64,000 nucleotides of DNA, taken from contig NW_003314303.1 of NCBI RefSeq assembly GCF_000143415.4, positions 1,332,676 through 1,396,675 on the forward strand. The letters run 5' to 3'. The position numbers were made by a program, and so were the translations under genes. Each line of letters starts with the position of its first letter. Positions within the stretch are counted from its first letter, which is position 1. The notes under the pieces are model-generated. The model saw only the letters and a program-made list of their open reading frames with translations, was not told the DNA's origin and searched no databases. The DNA is from Selaginella moellendorffii (taxonomy: Eukaryota; Plantae; Lycopodiophyta). Positions 25,829 through 38,460 of the stretch are shown piece after piece.

Positions 25829-28269
25829 ATGGATGTGGCATGGAAGGATTTGAGTGTGAGCGCGAGCAATGGACGAGTGTTGCTGGAGAGTATGTGCGGC
25901 TATGCCCAGAGCGGCCAAATCACGGCGATCATGGGTCCTTCGGGATCCGGAAAGTCCACCTTGCTAGATGCGCTTGCTGGTATAGTTTTCCAAGATTGAT
26001 TTGGGTTTGGGCAATAGATTAAAGCTCGAGATTCTTGCATTGTCGTTCATCACAGGGAGATTGGCCAAGAATGCGAGGCGAGAAGGATCCATTTTTGTGA
26101 ATGGGAATCTCCAGACGAACATGAGGCATGGGACTGCGGTGTGTATATAAACATTTGATTCTGTGATTCTCAAACTTTCTGTCATAGGCCTATGTGAAAC
26201 AAGAAGATGTTTTGCTAGGAACACTCACTGTCTTGGAGACAATCACTTACTCTGCTCAATTGAGGCTGCCTCACTCACTGCCGCGAAGCCAAAAGATGGA
26301 GATGGTTGAGAGTGTGATCACTGAGATGGGGCTTGGAGATTGCAAGCATACAGTGGTGGGAGGTTGGTTCTCCCATGGATTGAGCGGAGGGGAGAAACGA
26401 AGAGTGAGCATTGCTTTGGAGATTCTAACTCAGCCATCTCTTTTGTTCATGGACGAACCAACCAGTGGTTTAGACAGGTGAATATTTATATGATTTTTAA
26501 GTCCAGTTTATTGTAATTTTTATTTGATGTTTTCTTTGCAGTGCATCTGCGTTTTATGTGATTAAAACAATTAAGAACCTAGCTACTTCAAAACGCACTG
26601 TTATTATGTCAATTCACCAGCCAAGCAGCGAAGTGTTTGAGCAGTTTGATAATCTTTGCCTACTATCTCAGGGAGCACTTGTATATTTTGGAGATGCCAT
26701 GGAAGCTAGCACGGTACTTTTCTCAAATTTGATATTCTTTATGTTTTATATTTTATTTTAGTTCTTCGAGAGTGCTGGATTTCCTTGTCCTCTCCAAAGA
26801 AATCCATCAGACCACTATCTTAGAGTTATTAATTCGGATTTTGACAATGTTCAAAACAAGTTTAAGGTATTAATTTGTACTATTTTCTGGAGATTTTTTT
26901 TCTTAATATTCATCTCAATTTGAACAGGAAGATATTGAAACTCAAGAAAAAGTTCCAGCTTCTGAAGCAATCAAAGTGCTTACAAATACATTTCAGAATT
27001 TGCATTTGAGATCCCTCCACACAAAAGTTGACATTCTTTGTGTGACTAAGGTGAACCTTCTAGACAGTTTGTGTGACACACCTGGTGCAAAGGTAAATGA
27101 CTTGATTTTTTAAAATATTATGATTATTAATGGATTACTATTTATAGAATGAATGCATCCAGATGCCTCAAGCAGGAGTTCTCCATCAGCTTTCCACGTT
27201 AACTAGAAGATCATTTATAAATATGACAAGAGATATTGGATACTATTGGCTGAGAATCTTTGTGTACTTTATGCTTAGCATCGTAATTGGCAGTATATAT
27301 TTTAATGTTGGCACTAAATACAACTCCATTGCAGTAAGAGAATACCAAAAAATATTCCTAACCATGGTTAAGATCGTTTGTTTTTTTTAAGGCAAGGATT
27401 GGCTGTATGGCTTTTATTGGTAAATTTCTTACATTTATGTCAATTGGAGGTTTTCCATCTTTCATTGAAGAGATTAAGGTATGGGATAGTTCTGAATTGT
27501 CTTGTTTTCATATCCAGTGATATTTTCTTCAGGTTTTTAATCATGAGAAACAAAATGGTTACTATGGTCCCATTGTGTTTACTCTCGCAAACACACTCTC
27601 TTCCATTCCTTATCTCCTTCTTATTTCATTGATATCAACAAGTGTATTTTATAATATGGTTAAACTCCACCCAGGCTTTGATCACTTCATATTTTTTGTG
27701 TTGAACTTATTTGCATCTGTGAGTGTGGTGGAGAGCTTGATGATGTGTGTAGCATCAATTGTTCCCAATTTTCTCATGGGAATAATTACAGGATCTGGAA
27801 TCTTGGTAAATCTCTTTATATTTCTTAAACCGTTTCTAATGCGATTTTTCAGGGGTTATTCATGCTTGTTGACGGATTTTTTAAACTTGCTAATGAACTG
27901 CCAAAAGGCTTTTGGAAATATCCAATGCATTATATAGCATTTCAAACATATTTACTTCAGGTAAAACAAATATTATTTATTTTCTTGAAATTAAAAAAAC
28001 TATAATAGGGTCTTTATGAAAATGATTTTCAAGGGCTTGAGTTCGATAACAATGATATTTTTGGAGGAAAGCTATCAGGAACAACAATTCTTAAACAATA
28101 TCAAGTAGATCTCTCAAGATCTAAATGGTTGAACTTTATAATCCTGTTAAGCATGATTTTGGTTTATCGAGCAATTTTTATTACTATCATCAAACTCACT
28201 CAGCTCATAGATGGGAAAACTCTGATGTTTAAAATTAATAGTAGGACCTTTAAGAAAACAAATGCTTAA
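25829..28269 (+). CDS. ABCG11-like half-transporter, copy 3 (apparently intact)
   Basis: MDVAWKDL...[36 protein letters not shown]; TAA at 28267-28269; no disabling change seen. Confidence 0.88.
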
Positions 28270-28274
28270 AATTA

Positions 28275-28941
28275 AAAGTATGGCTTCGTGAGCTTGTCAT
28301 TCACGTTTCACTTGTCATATTTATAAATGATCTTCTGGCATCTAGTAAGTGTCACCCAAATTGTCTTCAACCTTCACGTAACTTTTGTGTGGAGCAGAGT
28401 TCAAATGCAAACTGAGAACTGGAACACAATATGCTTTTGTATCTCTTAGTGGTTTAGAGAAGTAATTATTATGTCTGATTTATTTGATGATTTTCTGTGC
28501 AGAGCATCAGTGGAATCCCATTCATGGGTGTCACTAATTACATGACTAAAGCATTTGACTAACTCAAAAGATAATTACGAAGCAATCAAAGCGCTTACAA
28601 ATGCATTTCTTTTGGGTGTCCAAAGCAATGCTCACTCTTCATTTCTTCCCTCCACTCAATCCATGCGAGAACCACTGTCTCCAAGCCCCATCTCACTGTC
28701 AACCATCTCCTCTTTTGGCTGCGTGGTAGGCTGCCTCAAATAAGCAGAGTAAGTGATTGTCTCCAGAACAGTGAGCTTTCCCAGCAAAACATGCTCTTGA
28801 TTTACATAAGCATCTGATAGAAAGCTTGAGAATCACTAAATCAAATGTTTATACACACCGCAGTTCCATGCCTCATGTTTGTCTGGAAATTCCCATTGGA
28901 TCCTTCTCGCCTACCTGTGATGAACGACAATGCAAGAATCT
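28275..28941 (-). pseudogene. Inverted ABCG fragment I4 with an internal re-inversion at 28441-28610
   Basis: The flanks match I1/I3; 28441-28610 is the reverse complement of I3 segments. Confidence 0.8.
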
Positions 28942-29106
28942 TAGTCTCAAACACATGATCAATCTTTAGAAAACTCTATCAGAATGCACGTGGAGCAAGG
29001 TTTGACTTTCCCGAGCCTGGCTGGACCCATAATCTCAAGATTTAAAAGTCGACAAAACTAGCAAGAGGCCAATTCTTTTCAAACTTTCTCATCCACTTGC
29101 CGTGCT

Positions 29107-30614
29107 ATGGCTTCTCAAGGTACGTCGTCTCCAAAGATCCATGTCCTCGCATTTCCCGTCCCAGGCCAGGGACACATCACTCCGATGATGCATCTCTGTA
29201 AAAAGATCGCCGCTCGAGATGGATTCACCGTCTCGTTCGTCAATGTCGACAGCCTCCACGACGAGATGATCAAGCACTGGAGAGCTCCACCCAATACGGA
29301 CCTCCGCCTCGTCTCAATCCCACTCTCCTGGAAGATCCCACACGGCCTGGATGCTCACACTCTCACTCACTTGGGTGAGTTCTTCAAGGCCACCACCGAG
29401 ATGATCCCAGCTCTCGAGCATCTCGTCTCCAAACTCTCTCTCGAGATCTCGCCGGTCCGCTGCATAATCTCGGACTACTTCTTCTTCTGGACCCAGGACG
29501 TTGCTGATAAGTTCGGGATTCCAAGGATTGTTCTGTGGCCTGGATCCACTGCCTGGACCACAATTGAGTATCACATACCGGAGCTCATCGCCGGAGGCCA
29601 TGTCTTTCCCAGCTTGACCGAAGGTAACTCCAATTTAAGTTTAAGTTCTGCCAATGGCAGTCACGTACGCCTCGAAACTTTGCAGCGAAGAAGCTTGTCG
29701 CGGATGAATCTGTAGTGGGCATTATCAAGGGACTGGGACCTCTTCATCAAGCCGACGTACCTCTCTACTTGCAAGCTGACGATCATCTCTGGGCGGAGTA
29801 CTCCGTGCAGCGAGTCCCCTACATCCGCAAGGCCTCCTGCGTGCTCGTCAACTCCTTTTACGATCTGGAGCCGGAAGCTTCCGACTTCATGGCCGCCGAG
29901 CTCCGGAAAGGTGGCACGGAGTTTCTCTCTGTCGGTCCCATGTTTCTCCTGGACGAGCAGACCTCCGAGATCGGACCAACCAACGTGGTGCTCAGGAACG
30001 AGGACGACGAGTGCCTGCGGTGGCTCGACAAGCAGGAAAAGGCTTCCGTTCTCTACATATCTTTTGGCAGCATCGCGGTCGTGACTGTCGAACAGTTTGA
30101 GGAGCTTGCGGTGGGACTGGAAGCAATCGGAAAGCCTTTCTTGTGGGTGTTACGGCCAGAACTTCTCATTGGAAATCCGGTAGAGAAGTATAAGGAATTC
30201 TGCGAACGTACCTCCAAGCAGGGATTTACTGTGTCCTGGGCACCGCAGCTACGAGTTCTGAAACACCCCTCCATCGCTGCGCACCTCAGTCACTGCGGCT
30301 GGAACTCGGTGCTGGAAAGTATCAGCAATGGAGTGCCTCTCATGTGTTGGCCTTGGGGAGCTGAGCAAAACACCAACGCAAAGCTGGTTATACACGACTG
30401 GAAGATTGGAGCTGGATTTGCAAGAGGGGCGAATGGACTGATCGGCAGAGGCGACATCGAAAAGACGCTGCGGGAGGTGATGGATGGGGAAAGAGGGAAG
30501 CAGATGAAAGACACTGTTGAGGTGCTGAAGTGCAAGGCAAGGAAAGCTGTGGAGAGTGGTGGTCGATCCGCTGCGAGCTTGGATGGATTTCTTAAAGGCC
30601 TCAGCAGCCAGTGA
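29107..30614 (+). CDS. Family-1 UDP-glycosyltransferase (481 aa, 2 exons)
   Basis: Exons 29107-29623 and 29686-30614. N-terminal QGHITP (catalytic His), IISDYF, YISFGS and the PSPG box WAPQLRVLKHPSIAAHLSHCGWNSVLESISNGVPLMCWPWGAEQ. Confidence 0.93.
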
Positions 30615-30929
30615 TGCAATGATAAGTTATCACTGCAAGTGCTAGCGTGAGATGGCAAACATGTGAAAAACTTACATGCCGCGAATTTGTCAAGCTTGAC
30701 AAAACATGAAGCGAATAAAATATTCGTCTACCTTGCAACCCCTTTGTTGACTGGAAAAAACAGGACCGAAATCCACCGTTGAATAGCACTGATCTCTTTC
30801 TCATCACATGTAAATGCCGTGATCCATCGCGCCATGTTTGATCAGCCATGACAGAGCAGGATTCTTAGTGAAGGCTGAAAGGGAGCAGCAGGAATAGTGC
30901 CACAGCATTAAGGATAGGCTCCCAGCGTA

Positions 30930-33900
30930 GCAGGCTTCTCATTGCTTCTCATTACACTGCCTCTGGCCCCTCGTTCTCTATAGAAAACTTCCTCATCAAG
31001 CACGTCGCCCTATGGTGAGTAATCTCTTCTGCATATCCTGGAATTCTGTTTCAGGGAACACGCATGCCGAGGACAGCTACGTCCACCCGGATGGTGAAAC
31101 TAGTTATGTCAAGGAGTCCCTTGGAGGAACCAAGGATAATGCTCTCTTCTTCTGTGACTCTGGAACCACTATAGCTGTGAAAAAGCTCCACGAACTTTTG
31201 GGCTTGTCAGTGCCACTCCAAATGAGAGACTCATCCGTGGCATCGATGACAGGTGTTTATAACTGCCCGTGTCCCCCGTATCACCTCTGCTATTATGATC
31301 CGGTGCAAAAAGACAGAGATCTAGTCACCCTAGACTATGCTACGCCACCTCTTGAGGTTCCTCACCACCCAACCACCCCCGAGCTACCTCAAAAGCTCCA
31401 CTGCACTGCCGCTCCACTGTGAGCCCTAAGGTAGGTTAGTCCCTTACCCTAACATGCCTTAATATACCCTATTAAATGACCAATGTTGACCACGTAGTCA
31501 AAACTGGCACCTAACAATTCTTCCCTCCCAACAAAGTCCTTGTCCCAAGGACGAGTTGTACCGGTAATCACCCTTTATGGGGAACCCTGCTCAAGCTCCT
31601 GGTCTATCTTCCACAGCCGTATACATCAAGGAGGCATTGGGCCTGGCACTCTGAGATAGTACACCTTTCAATTGGTTGACATAAAATACTGGATGAATTT
31701 TCATCCCAGCTAGCAGCCACACTCGATAAGCCACTTTACCAATGCGCTCCAGCACTTCATATGGATCAACATATCGATGGGAAAGTTTATCACTCTTCCC
31801 TGTCCGTAAAGGCACTAAGGTGTTCTGTCGCTCACTTGACGAAAAGATCACTCGCACAAAGACGAGATCACCCACCTTATATTCCCGGAATTGGCGATGC
31901 TCATTGGCAAACTTCTTCACTCTATCCTGAGCTACTTGTAAATTTCGTTTGCACACCACCAAAATCTCATCAAGTTCTGTGGCCAAACTAGTCGCCTCAG
32001 AATCAAGATTATCTTGAACGTCCTTACTCAAATGCAAACCCAACTCCACCGCTGTTCGAGAATGCCTTCCAAACATGGCAAAATAAGGACTTAGCTTGGT
32101 TTCACTGTGTTGGCTATTATTGTAAGCAAATTGCACTAACGGAAGATATAGATCCCACTGTCCTTGCCTTTGACAAATGCTACAATGTAGCATATCCTCC
32201 ACCACTTGATTCACACGCTCGGTTTGCCCATCCGTCTGAGGATGATCTCCACTTGAGAGTTTCAAAGTCACTTGCATAGCCTTTGCAAAGCTTTTCCAAA
32301 ATCCACTGGTGAACTTTGAATCTCGATCACTAATGATGTCCTCCGGCAAACCAAAATCAGGAAAAACCTTCTCCAAGTAAACCGCAGCCAAGTCTGAGGC
32401 AGTGACAGTCTTCCGAAAAGCCAACAACCACACATACTTCGTCAACCGATCCACTATGACCCATACTTGCTCCTTTTGCCTCTGTGTTCATGGCAAACAA
32501 GTGATGAAGCCCATAGAGATACTACACCAACGGCTCTGAGGAATAAGTAAAGGTTACAAAAGTCCCCCCAGCTTCTCTTGTGGCACCTTAACCCGCTGAC
32601 AAAGTTCACATGATTTACAATACTTGAGGATATCAGCCTTCATATTCCTCCAATAAAAGTTGCGCTTAATCAACTCATATGTCTTTTTCCCCCCAAAATG
32701 ACCGGCCTCTGGACGATCATGATAGTGGAATAAAACTTGAGTAATTAACACATCCACCTATGGCAAATATACACGGCCATTGTAGTACAGAATCCCATCC
32801 ACCAATGAGAAAGGGGCTTCCATCTGGTCTCACAAAGAGGCCACCTCAGCATCCTGAGCCTGGGCATGCTCAACCAACTGCCCAAACTCGCTAACCACCT
32901 TACTCAAATGATGACAAAATCGTGTTTGTAATGTCGTTACATGACGAACACGAGATAACACATTTGCCACCACATTTGATTTTCCCAGACGATGCTCAAT
33001 AGGAAACTCCCCAAACTCCATGAGTTTGACCATCTAACGAGCTTGCCTANNNNNNNNNNNNNNNNNNNNNNNNNNNNNNNNNNNNNNNNNNNNNNNNNNN
33101 NNNNNNNNNNNNNNNNNNNNNNNNNNNNNNNNNNNNNNNNNNNNNNNNNNNNNNNNNNNNNNNNNNNNNNNNNNNNNNNNNNNNNNNNNNNNNNNNNNNN
33201 NNNNNNNNNNNNNTCAACTCTCATATGCAATAGGCTGTCCCTCTTGCATGAGAACTCCTCCCAGTGCATAACCACTCGCATCGCATGTCACCTCGTAAGG
33301 TTTCGATGGATCAGCAATGTGAAGCACTGGAGTCTCGCTCAACAATCGCTTCAGCGCCACAAAACTCTCCTCTTGTGGCTTCTTCCACTCGAATGGCACA
33401 TTCTTGCGTAACAATCGTGTCAAAGGATTAGCCACCTCTAGAAACTTATGCTGGAAACGTCGGTAGTAACTAGCCATACCAAGAAAACTGCGCAACTCGG
33501 CTACTGTAGTCGGTGTAGGTCAGTTTTTTACCACAGCCACCTTCCTTGGATCTGTCTTGACACCCTTAGATGTCACAATATGGCCTAGATATTCCACCTC
33601 TGACTTTGCAAATTCACATTTTCTCTTCTTCGCATAAAGTTTGCTATCTCGGAGTAACAAAAGAACCTTGCGCAAATGCACCCTATGCTCCTCTATATTC
33701 TTGCTAAAAACAAGAATATCGTTCAAGAAAATCTCCACAAACTCATGAAGATAACGCCCAAATACCTCCGTCATCAACCAAGTAAATGTGGCCGGTGCAT
33801 TCGTTAAACCAAACGGCATAACTGTAAACTCAAAATGTCCGAAGCTTGTGTTGAATGCCATCTTGGAGAGATGCATCATCCATTGCAATCTGATGATATC

Positions 33901-34540
33901 CACTCCTCAGATCAATCTTGGTAAACACTCATGCTTCACCAAGCTTGTCTAGGATATCATCCACACGTGGCATCGGCATCTTATCCTTCACTGTCTTCTT
34001 GTTCAAAGCGCGGTAGTCAATACACATCCACATTGAATTATCCTTCTTCTTCACAAGAAAGACAAAAATCTAGTCACCCTAGACTATGCTACGCCACCTT
34101 TTGAGGTTCCTCACCACCCAACCACCCCCGAGTTACCTCAAAAGCTCCACTGCACCGTTGCTCCACTGTGAGCCCTAGGGTAGGTTAGTCCCTTACCCTA
34201 ACATGCCTTAATATACCCTTGAGCCTCCCTTTGACCGGCGTTGACCACGTAGTCAAAGTTGGCACCTAACATCCACCGAGCTGTGTGTCTGCTCGTGAGG
34301 GGTTTCGGCGGTGTGTGCCATTTGTAACGAACATCATCTTCCAGGCAAAGTCTTGCCGACAATCTGTCAACTGTTTAAACTACAGGTTATTCTGACCGAT
34401 GATGGATTGATCAACATGAAGCACCTCACTGCACGCATGCTGTCCAAAGCTAACGGGGGATACCAGCCATCACTCGCCTTCTACACAAACATGGAGCAGT
34501 ATAGCATGCTTTGATTTGGCAAGCTGGTAAGATGAGATCA
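30930..34540 (+). pseudogene. PLP cysteine-desulfurase-like copy E (exons 1-3 remnants), split by an LTR element
   Basis: GNTHAEDSYV...SYVKESLGG...KKLHELLGLSVP at ~31050-31260. It resumes at ~34326 (acgaacatcat...gatggattgat...gcaagctggtaag). Many small deletions. Confidence 0.85.
31304..34271 (-). mobile_element. Ty3/gypsy LTR retrotransposon with gag/protease deleted
   Basis: LTR copies at ~31308-31516 and ~34057-34271 start TGTTAGG on the minus strand; PPT gggagggaagaat. RT (MPFGLTNAPATF), RNase H (CDASGYALGGVL) and integrase (HPQTDGQTERVNQ) carry frameshifts. Spans an N gap; the left border is uncertain. Confidence 0.88.
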
Positions 34541-35509
34541 GAACGAAAAGTGATTGTTCAGAATTTTTGGGTAGCTGTTACAATGACCATCATAGAATAT
34601 CTTTGTCTTTAATATTTGATACATGCTCAGGAAAAAAATGAATATGAATTGGAGCCCTAGGTATCTTGCCTTTTAGTCCGTTTTATACATTAGTAAACAT
34701 GTGTATACACAAATTTAGTTTTTTTATAAGATCGATTTTATATATGATTTCATTACCCTTAAATTTACTAAGTAACTTCTAATGGTAACATAAGTCCTCC
34801 TACAAAAAAACATTTGTCCTTTTACCCTTACCCTAAAATTTACATCAGAGGACTCTGATTCATGATTGAAATCTCGCCAAAGAGCCCGGTCTGGAATGAG
34901 TCCTTCCACATAAATTTTGCAAGATTCTTATTCAGCTGTCCCTTTGTTATTTTGTTGTGTATATCAGACAGTAAGCGCCAGAACGTTGTTTTTTCAATCT
35001 CCTCTCCGGCCAGCCGCTCAAGAACTGTCTGGATCTCTGCCGGAAGGCCCACAGAGGCCCGTCGACCCATACTGCGGATCTCCCATGATCTGCAGCGCCT
35101 ATCTGAGGGAGCCAGCTAGCTCCAGAAAGCAAAAATCCCAACATACACCCTGGAATCCACTACGTGCTCGGATGGCTTGCCGTCGAAGGTAGCGGCTGTA
35201 CACGATATTGGTTACGGAAGTTTTGAGTCTATCAGAGAGCCTGGTTGTGGATGTGAGGACTGTCGGCTATTTGCAGGATGCAGAGATGGAGCTACGTGTT
35301 CAGGCAAAGCGTTTGGTAAAATTCTCTTCCTCGTACTTCTTTTTGACAAAGGCTTACCCCGAGTAGTTGCTCTCTTGAAACTTTCAAGCTTTCCAAGTAT
35401 TCTTCTTTTGCATGACAGTAAATCCCCATTGTTAAATCTGGCCCAACTGGTAGCACTTCATTGACTGATTCGGTTGCGGTGTGCACATGCAGCATTCATG
35501 TACACGTTG

Positions 35510-36454
35510 AGAGACGTCGATGATTTGAGCGTCTTCCAGCGCCTCTCCTCTGTCATCCAGCTGATCCATGAGCAATGAAAGAATGTTTGTTCCTTGCAGC
35601 GTCCCCGAAGCTCTTCGCTGGTTGATCATGTCCTGGATAAGCTTGATAAGCTTTTGCCGCACCTGAGAATGGGAAAACATCACAAAGCTGTGTAGGACAA
35701 CGCTTATGGGGGGAAGTTGATGGGGAGAGCACGAATGCCTTGGTTGAGAATGTAGTACAAGGAGATAGTATCATCCACATCAGGGCTGGAGTCTTTCCCA
35801 TATAAAATGTGGTCGATAGTTAGAAACGTGAACTGTCATATCGAAGAAAACGTGTCAACTAGGAAACAGGAGGAAGTAAACATCGTTTACCCTTCTCATC
35901 TTGTTAAGAAGAACGTTCATATCCTGAGCAGACCACCTCTCAAGGCACGCTTTTATGTTGTTGACTATGAGGGGCATATACTGCTGGAGAGCTTTGGGAC
36001 TGTTCACAGCAGACTCGGTAAGCTTCTGGAGCTTCAAGTATCCCGCAAAAGAATACCGTTCCATGACCCCAATAGTGCTCTCTGGTCTCAAAGCTGTCTT
36101 TGGAGAGCACGAATTTGCATCCCTCTGGTGTGGAAGCCATACGTTGCAAGGTTGAGTTATCTGGTAGTTTTTATTATCGCTCATTGTCGCTTCTTTGTTC
36201 TCGGTTTCCAGGTACAATCGAGTGGGTTTTTACAAGGCATTTCTGTCTGGCAGTGAGCCATGAAAGGGTCCGGTCTTCCAGACTTGAAGGCTCTGAGAAA
36301 AGCAGCCATGCTGCCAAATACGGGAACCTGGTGGAAGAGGAGGCTGTCCCGGCTTGAGCACCAGCTCATAGTACCATTTGTTGAAATAACTCGAGAATGT
36401 CAGCAGGGCAGTGACTGCCACCACCTCAACGCCAAGAATCATAGAAACGTCCAT
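35510..36454 (-). pseudogene. CYP88 (ent-kaurenoic acid oxidase-like, clan 85) N-terminal half, pseudogene
   Basis: Membrane anchor, PPLPPG, FLRAFKSGRPDPF, TPEGCKFVL, LTESAVNSPKALQQY and RQKLIKLIQDMINQRR...DAQIIDV. Multiple frameshifts; no heme motif. Confidence 0.75.
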
Positions 36455-36689
36455 CGTTTTGGTGAGCGCTGGCAGCAAGTCTTAGTTCTTAGATCTCCCT
36501 TCCTGCATAAAGCCATTAGTGTCAGTAAGGCAACAGGTATCAGAGTTAACTGCGCGAAAAGCTCGTCTTAACACGCATTCTAAAGAGCTGTGGAAAACTG
36601 TATTTATTATCCAATACGCTTTCTATTATAAAATTCGGTCTTTCAATTTTCAAAATTGAACCTACCAAAAGCCAAGTACTCCCCCTTTC

Positions 36690-36820
36690 CAGATCATCCC
36701 GGTGGTGATCTTGTAAAACTCACCCAAGGATCTTTCAGGAGAGTGGGATTGAGAAGAGACGGAGGTCTGCATTGGGTGGAGTTCTCCAGTGCTTGATCAT
36801 CTCCTCGTGGAGGCTGTCAT
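36690..36820 (-). pseudogene. UGT exon-1 fragment
   Basis: DSLHEEMIKHWRTPPNADLRLFSIPLS matches the UGT at ~29250-29400. Confidence 0.8.
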
Positions 36821-36899
36821 CGCCATAGCCGGGTTGAACCCCTGGACGAGACGAATCTTTAGAGAGTTTTAAGAGAATATACTGACGTTTGATTTTTTT

Positions 36900-37788
36900 G
36901 AATTGATGCGAAACGAATATACTAGTACATAGCTCTAGAATCCTAAAATCGGCAGTTAACGAGCTCGGTATCAATGCCGGCGGTGCTCGCCTGGCCTGGA
37001 TTGTGTGCTAGCTGCTTTGGGATCGCCATGGCGGTGCCCAGGTATTCCTTGTGCTGATTTTGGCCATTCCCGTGGTATTGATGTTGTTCTCCTCCTTGTA
37101 TTTCCAGTTCCCACTCTGCCGGTCGAATTCATAGAGGGGGAGAAAGCGCTGGGCATAGTCCGCCACGAATTCTATGGTGCACAGCAACTCTTCCTTGGGG
37201 AAGTATGCGAAGTTCAAGCGCGTCCGTCCAGGTTTGACACCGCTATATTCCTGTGAGACAAAGAAGTTCTTTCCTCTTTAGAAAAGCTCTAGAAAGCTTG
37301 TTTTAGTTCTCACCTCTTGGATCGCGGCTCGAAATTTCAGGGAGAGATCATCAGCGAGGGACCGACACCTCCTCCCAAACAAATTGTTGAGGAGCTTTGC
37401 TACAAACCGGCCCTGCGGCACGGTTTGCTGGAGTTCGTCTTTGGAATCAGTGATCCGGACGAGGAACGAGACGACCGCTGCTCGTTTCACTTGCGTGCTC
37501 CGGACAATCAACGCGGTGGTGATTAAGCTTTGCTCTCTCGACTCGATGAGACGGTATCCCGAGACCATCCCGGGTTTTATCCGCTGGAGTATGGAAGGTG
37601 CTCTTTCGATGTCCTCCGAGTAGAGTGTGTTATGAGTTTGTTTAGTGTTACTGGTTTTCTTGTTTCTTTCGCTGGAAAGGGAACTGACCTCTTTGTTGTA
37701 GTTGACGAAGTCTTCTGTTGTCGACGGTGCGTGATCCTTGGAGCTTGTTGAGCTTTTTGTTCATGCAAAGCAGGGGACTCAACATCAC
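36900..37788 (-). pseudogene. PLP cysteine-desulfurase-like copy F (exons 4-6), heavily deleted
   Basis: GYRLIESRE, QGRFVAKLLNNLFG and IEFVADYAQRFLPLYEF, with many short deletions. Confidence 0.85.
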
Positions 37789-37844
37789 ACGTCTTTGCGG
37801 GGTCGAATGTAGATCTTAACGTGCGGATCCCTGTTGAAACTCCC

Positions 37845-38460
37845 AACTCTCCCACTTTCTCCCAATTGAATCCTTGCAGCAGCCTCGCCAGCACACACTG
37901 CACCATCCGGAGTCCCATCCCCATCCCTGGGCAGATCCTCCACCCGGATCCAAAGGGGATGAGCTCGAAATTCTGGCCCCTCACATCCACGCCCTTCTTT
38001 GCGCCCTCCTCGAATCACTCCGGCCAGAAATCCAGCGCCCTCTCCCACGAATTGGCATCCCTGGAGATTGCGTAGACATTGACGAGCAGCCGAGAGCCCT
38101 GTGCGATCTGGTAACCGGCACTCTACACACAGGGCATGGTGGATTCATAGAGGATCACTGGCGATGGCGGATGCAATTGCAGCGTCTCCTTGACGATGGC
38201 GTGCAGGAAATTCAGCCTTGGGAGATTGCTCTCCTCCACAACCCTGTCACGCCCCACCATGGCATCGATCTTGCGCTGCGCCTGGCACATTGTGGTGGGG
38301 TGCCGGAGGAGCTCCGCCATCGCCCACTCGCAGGTGACCCACACGGTGTCGCTCCCGGCCCCAATCACATCTTGAGTGCCACGAAGGGAGCGAGGAATGA
38401 GTGTAAATCCCCGAGAATTAGGGTTCTTGAGAAATACTTGGATGACAGCTTTAATGGTAA
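37845..38460 (-). pseudogene. Clan-71 P450 fragment (intron plus exon 2), paralogue of 54456-56108
   Basis: IGAGSDT, KETLQLHPP and [11 protein letters not shown], with frameshifts. The 5' part is replaced by a retroelement. Confidence 0.85.

Noticed and set aside
31299-34276. Target-site duplication for the 31304-34271 element
   Set aside because: The flanks tccgg and tccac match at only 3 of 5 positions; the left boundary is unresolved.
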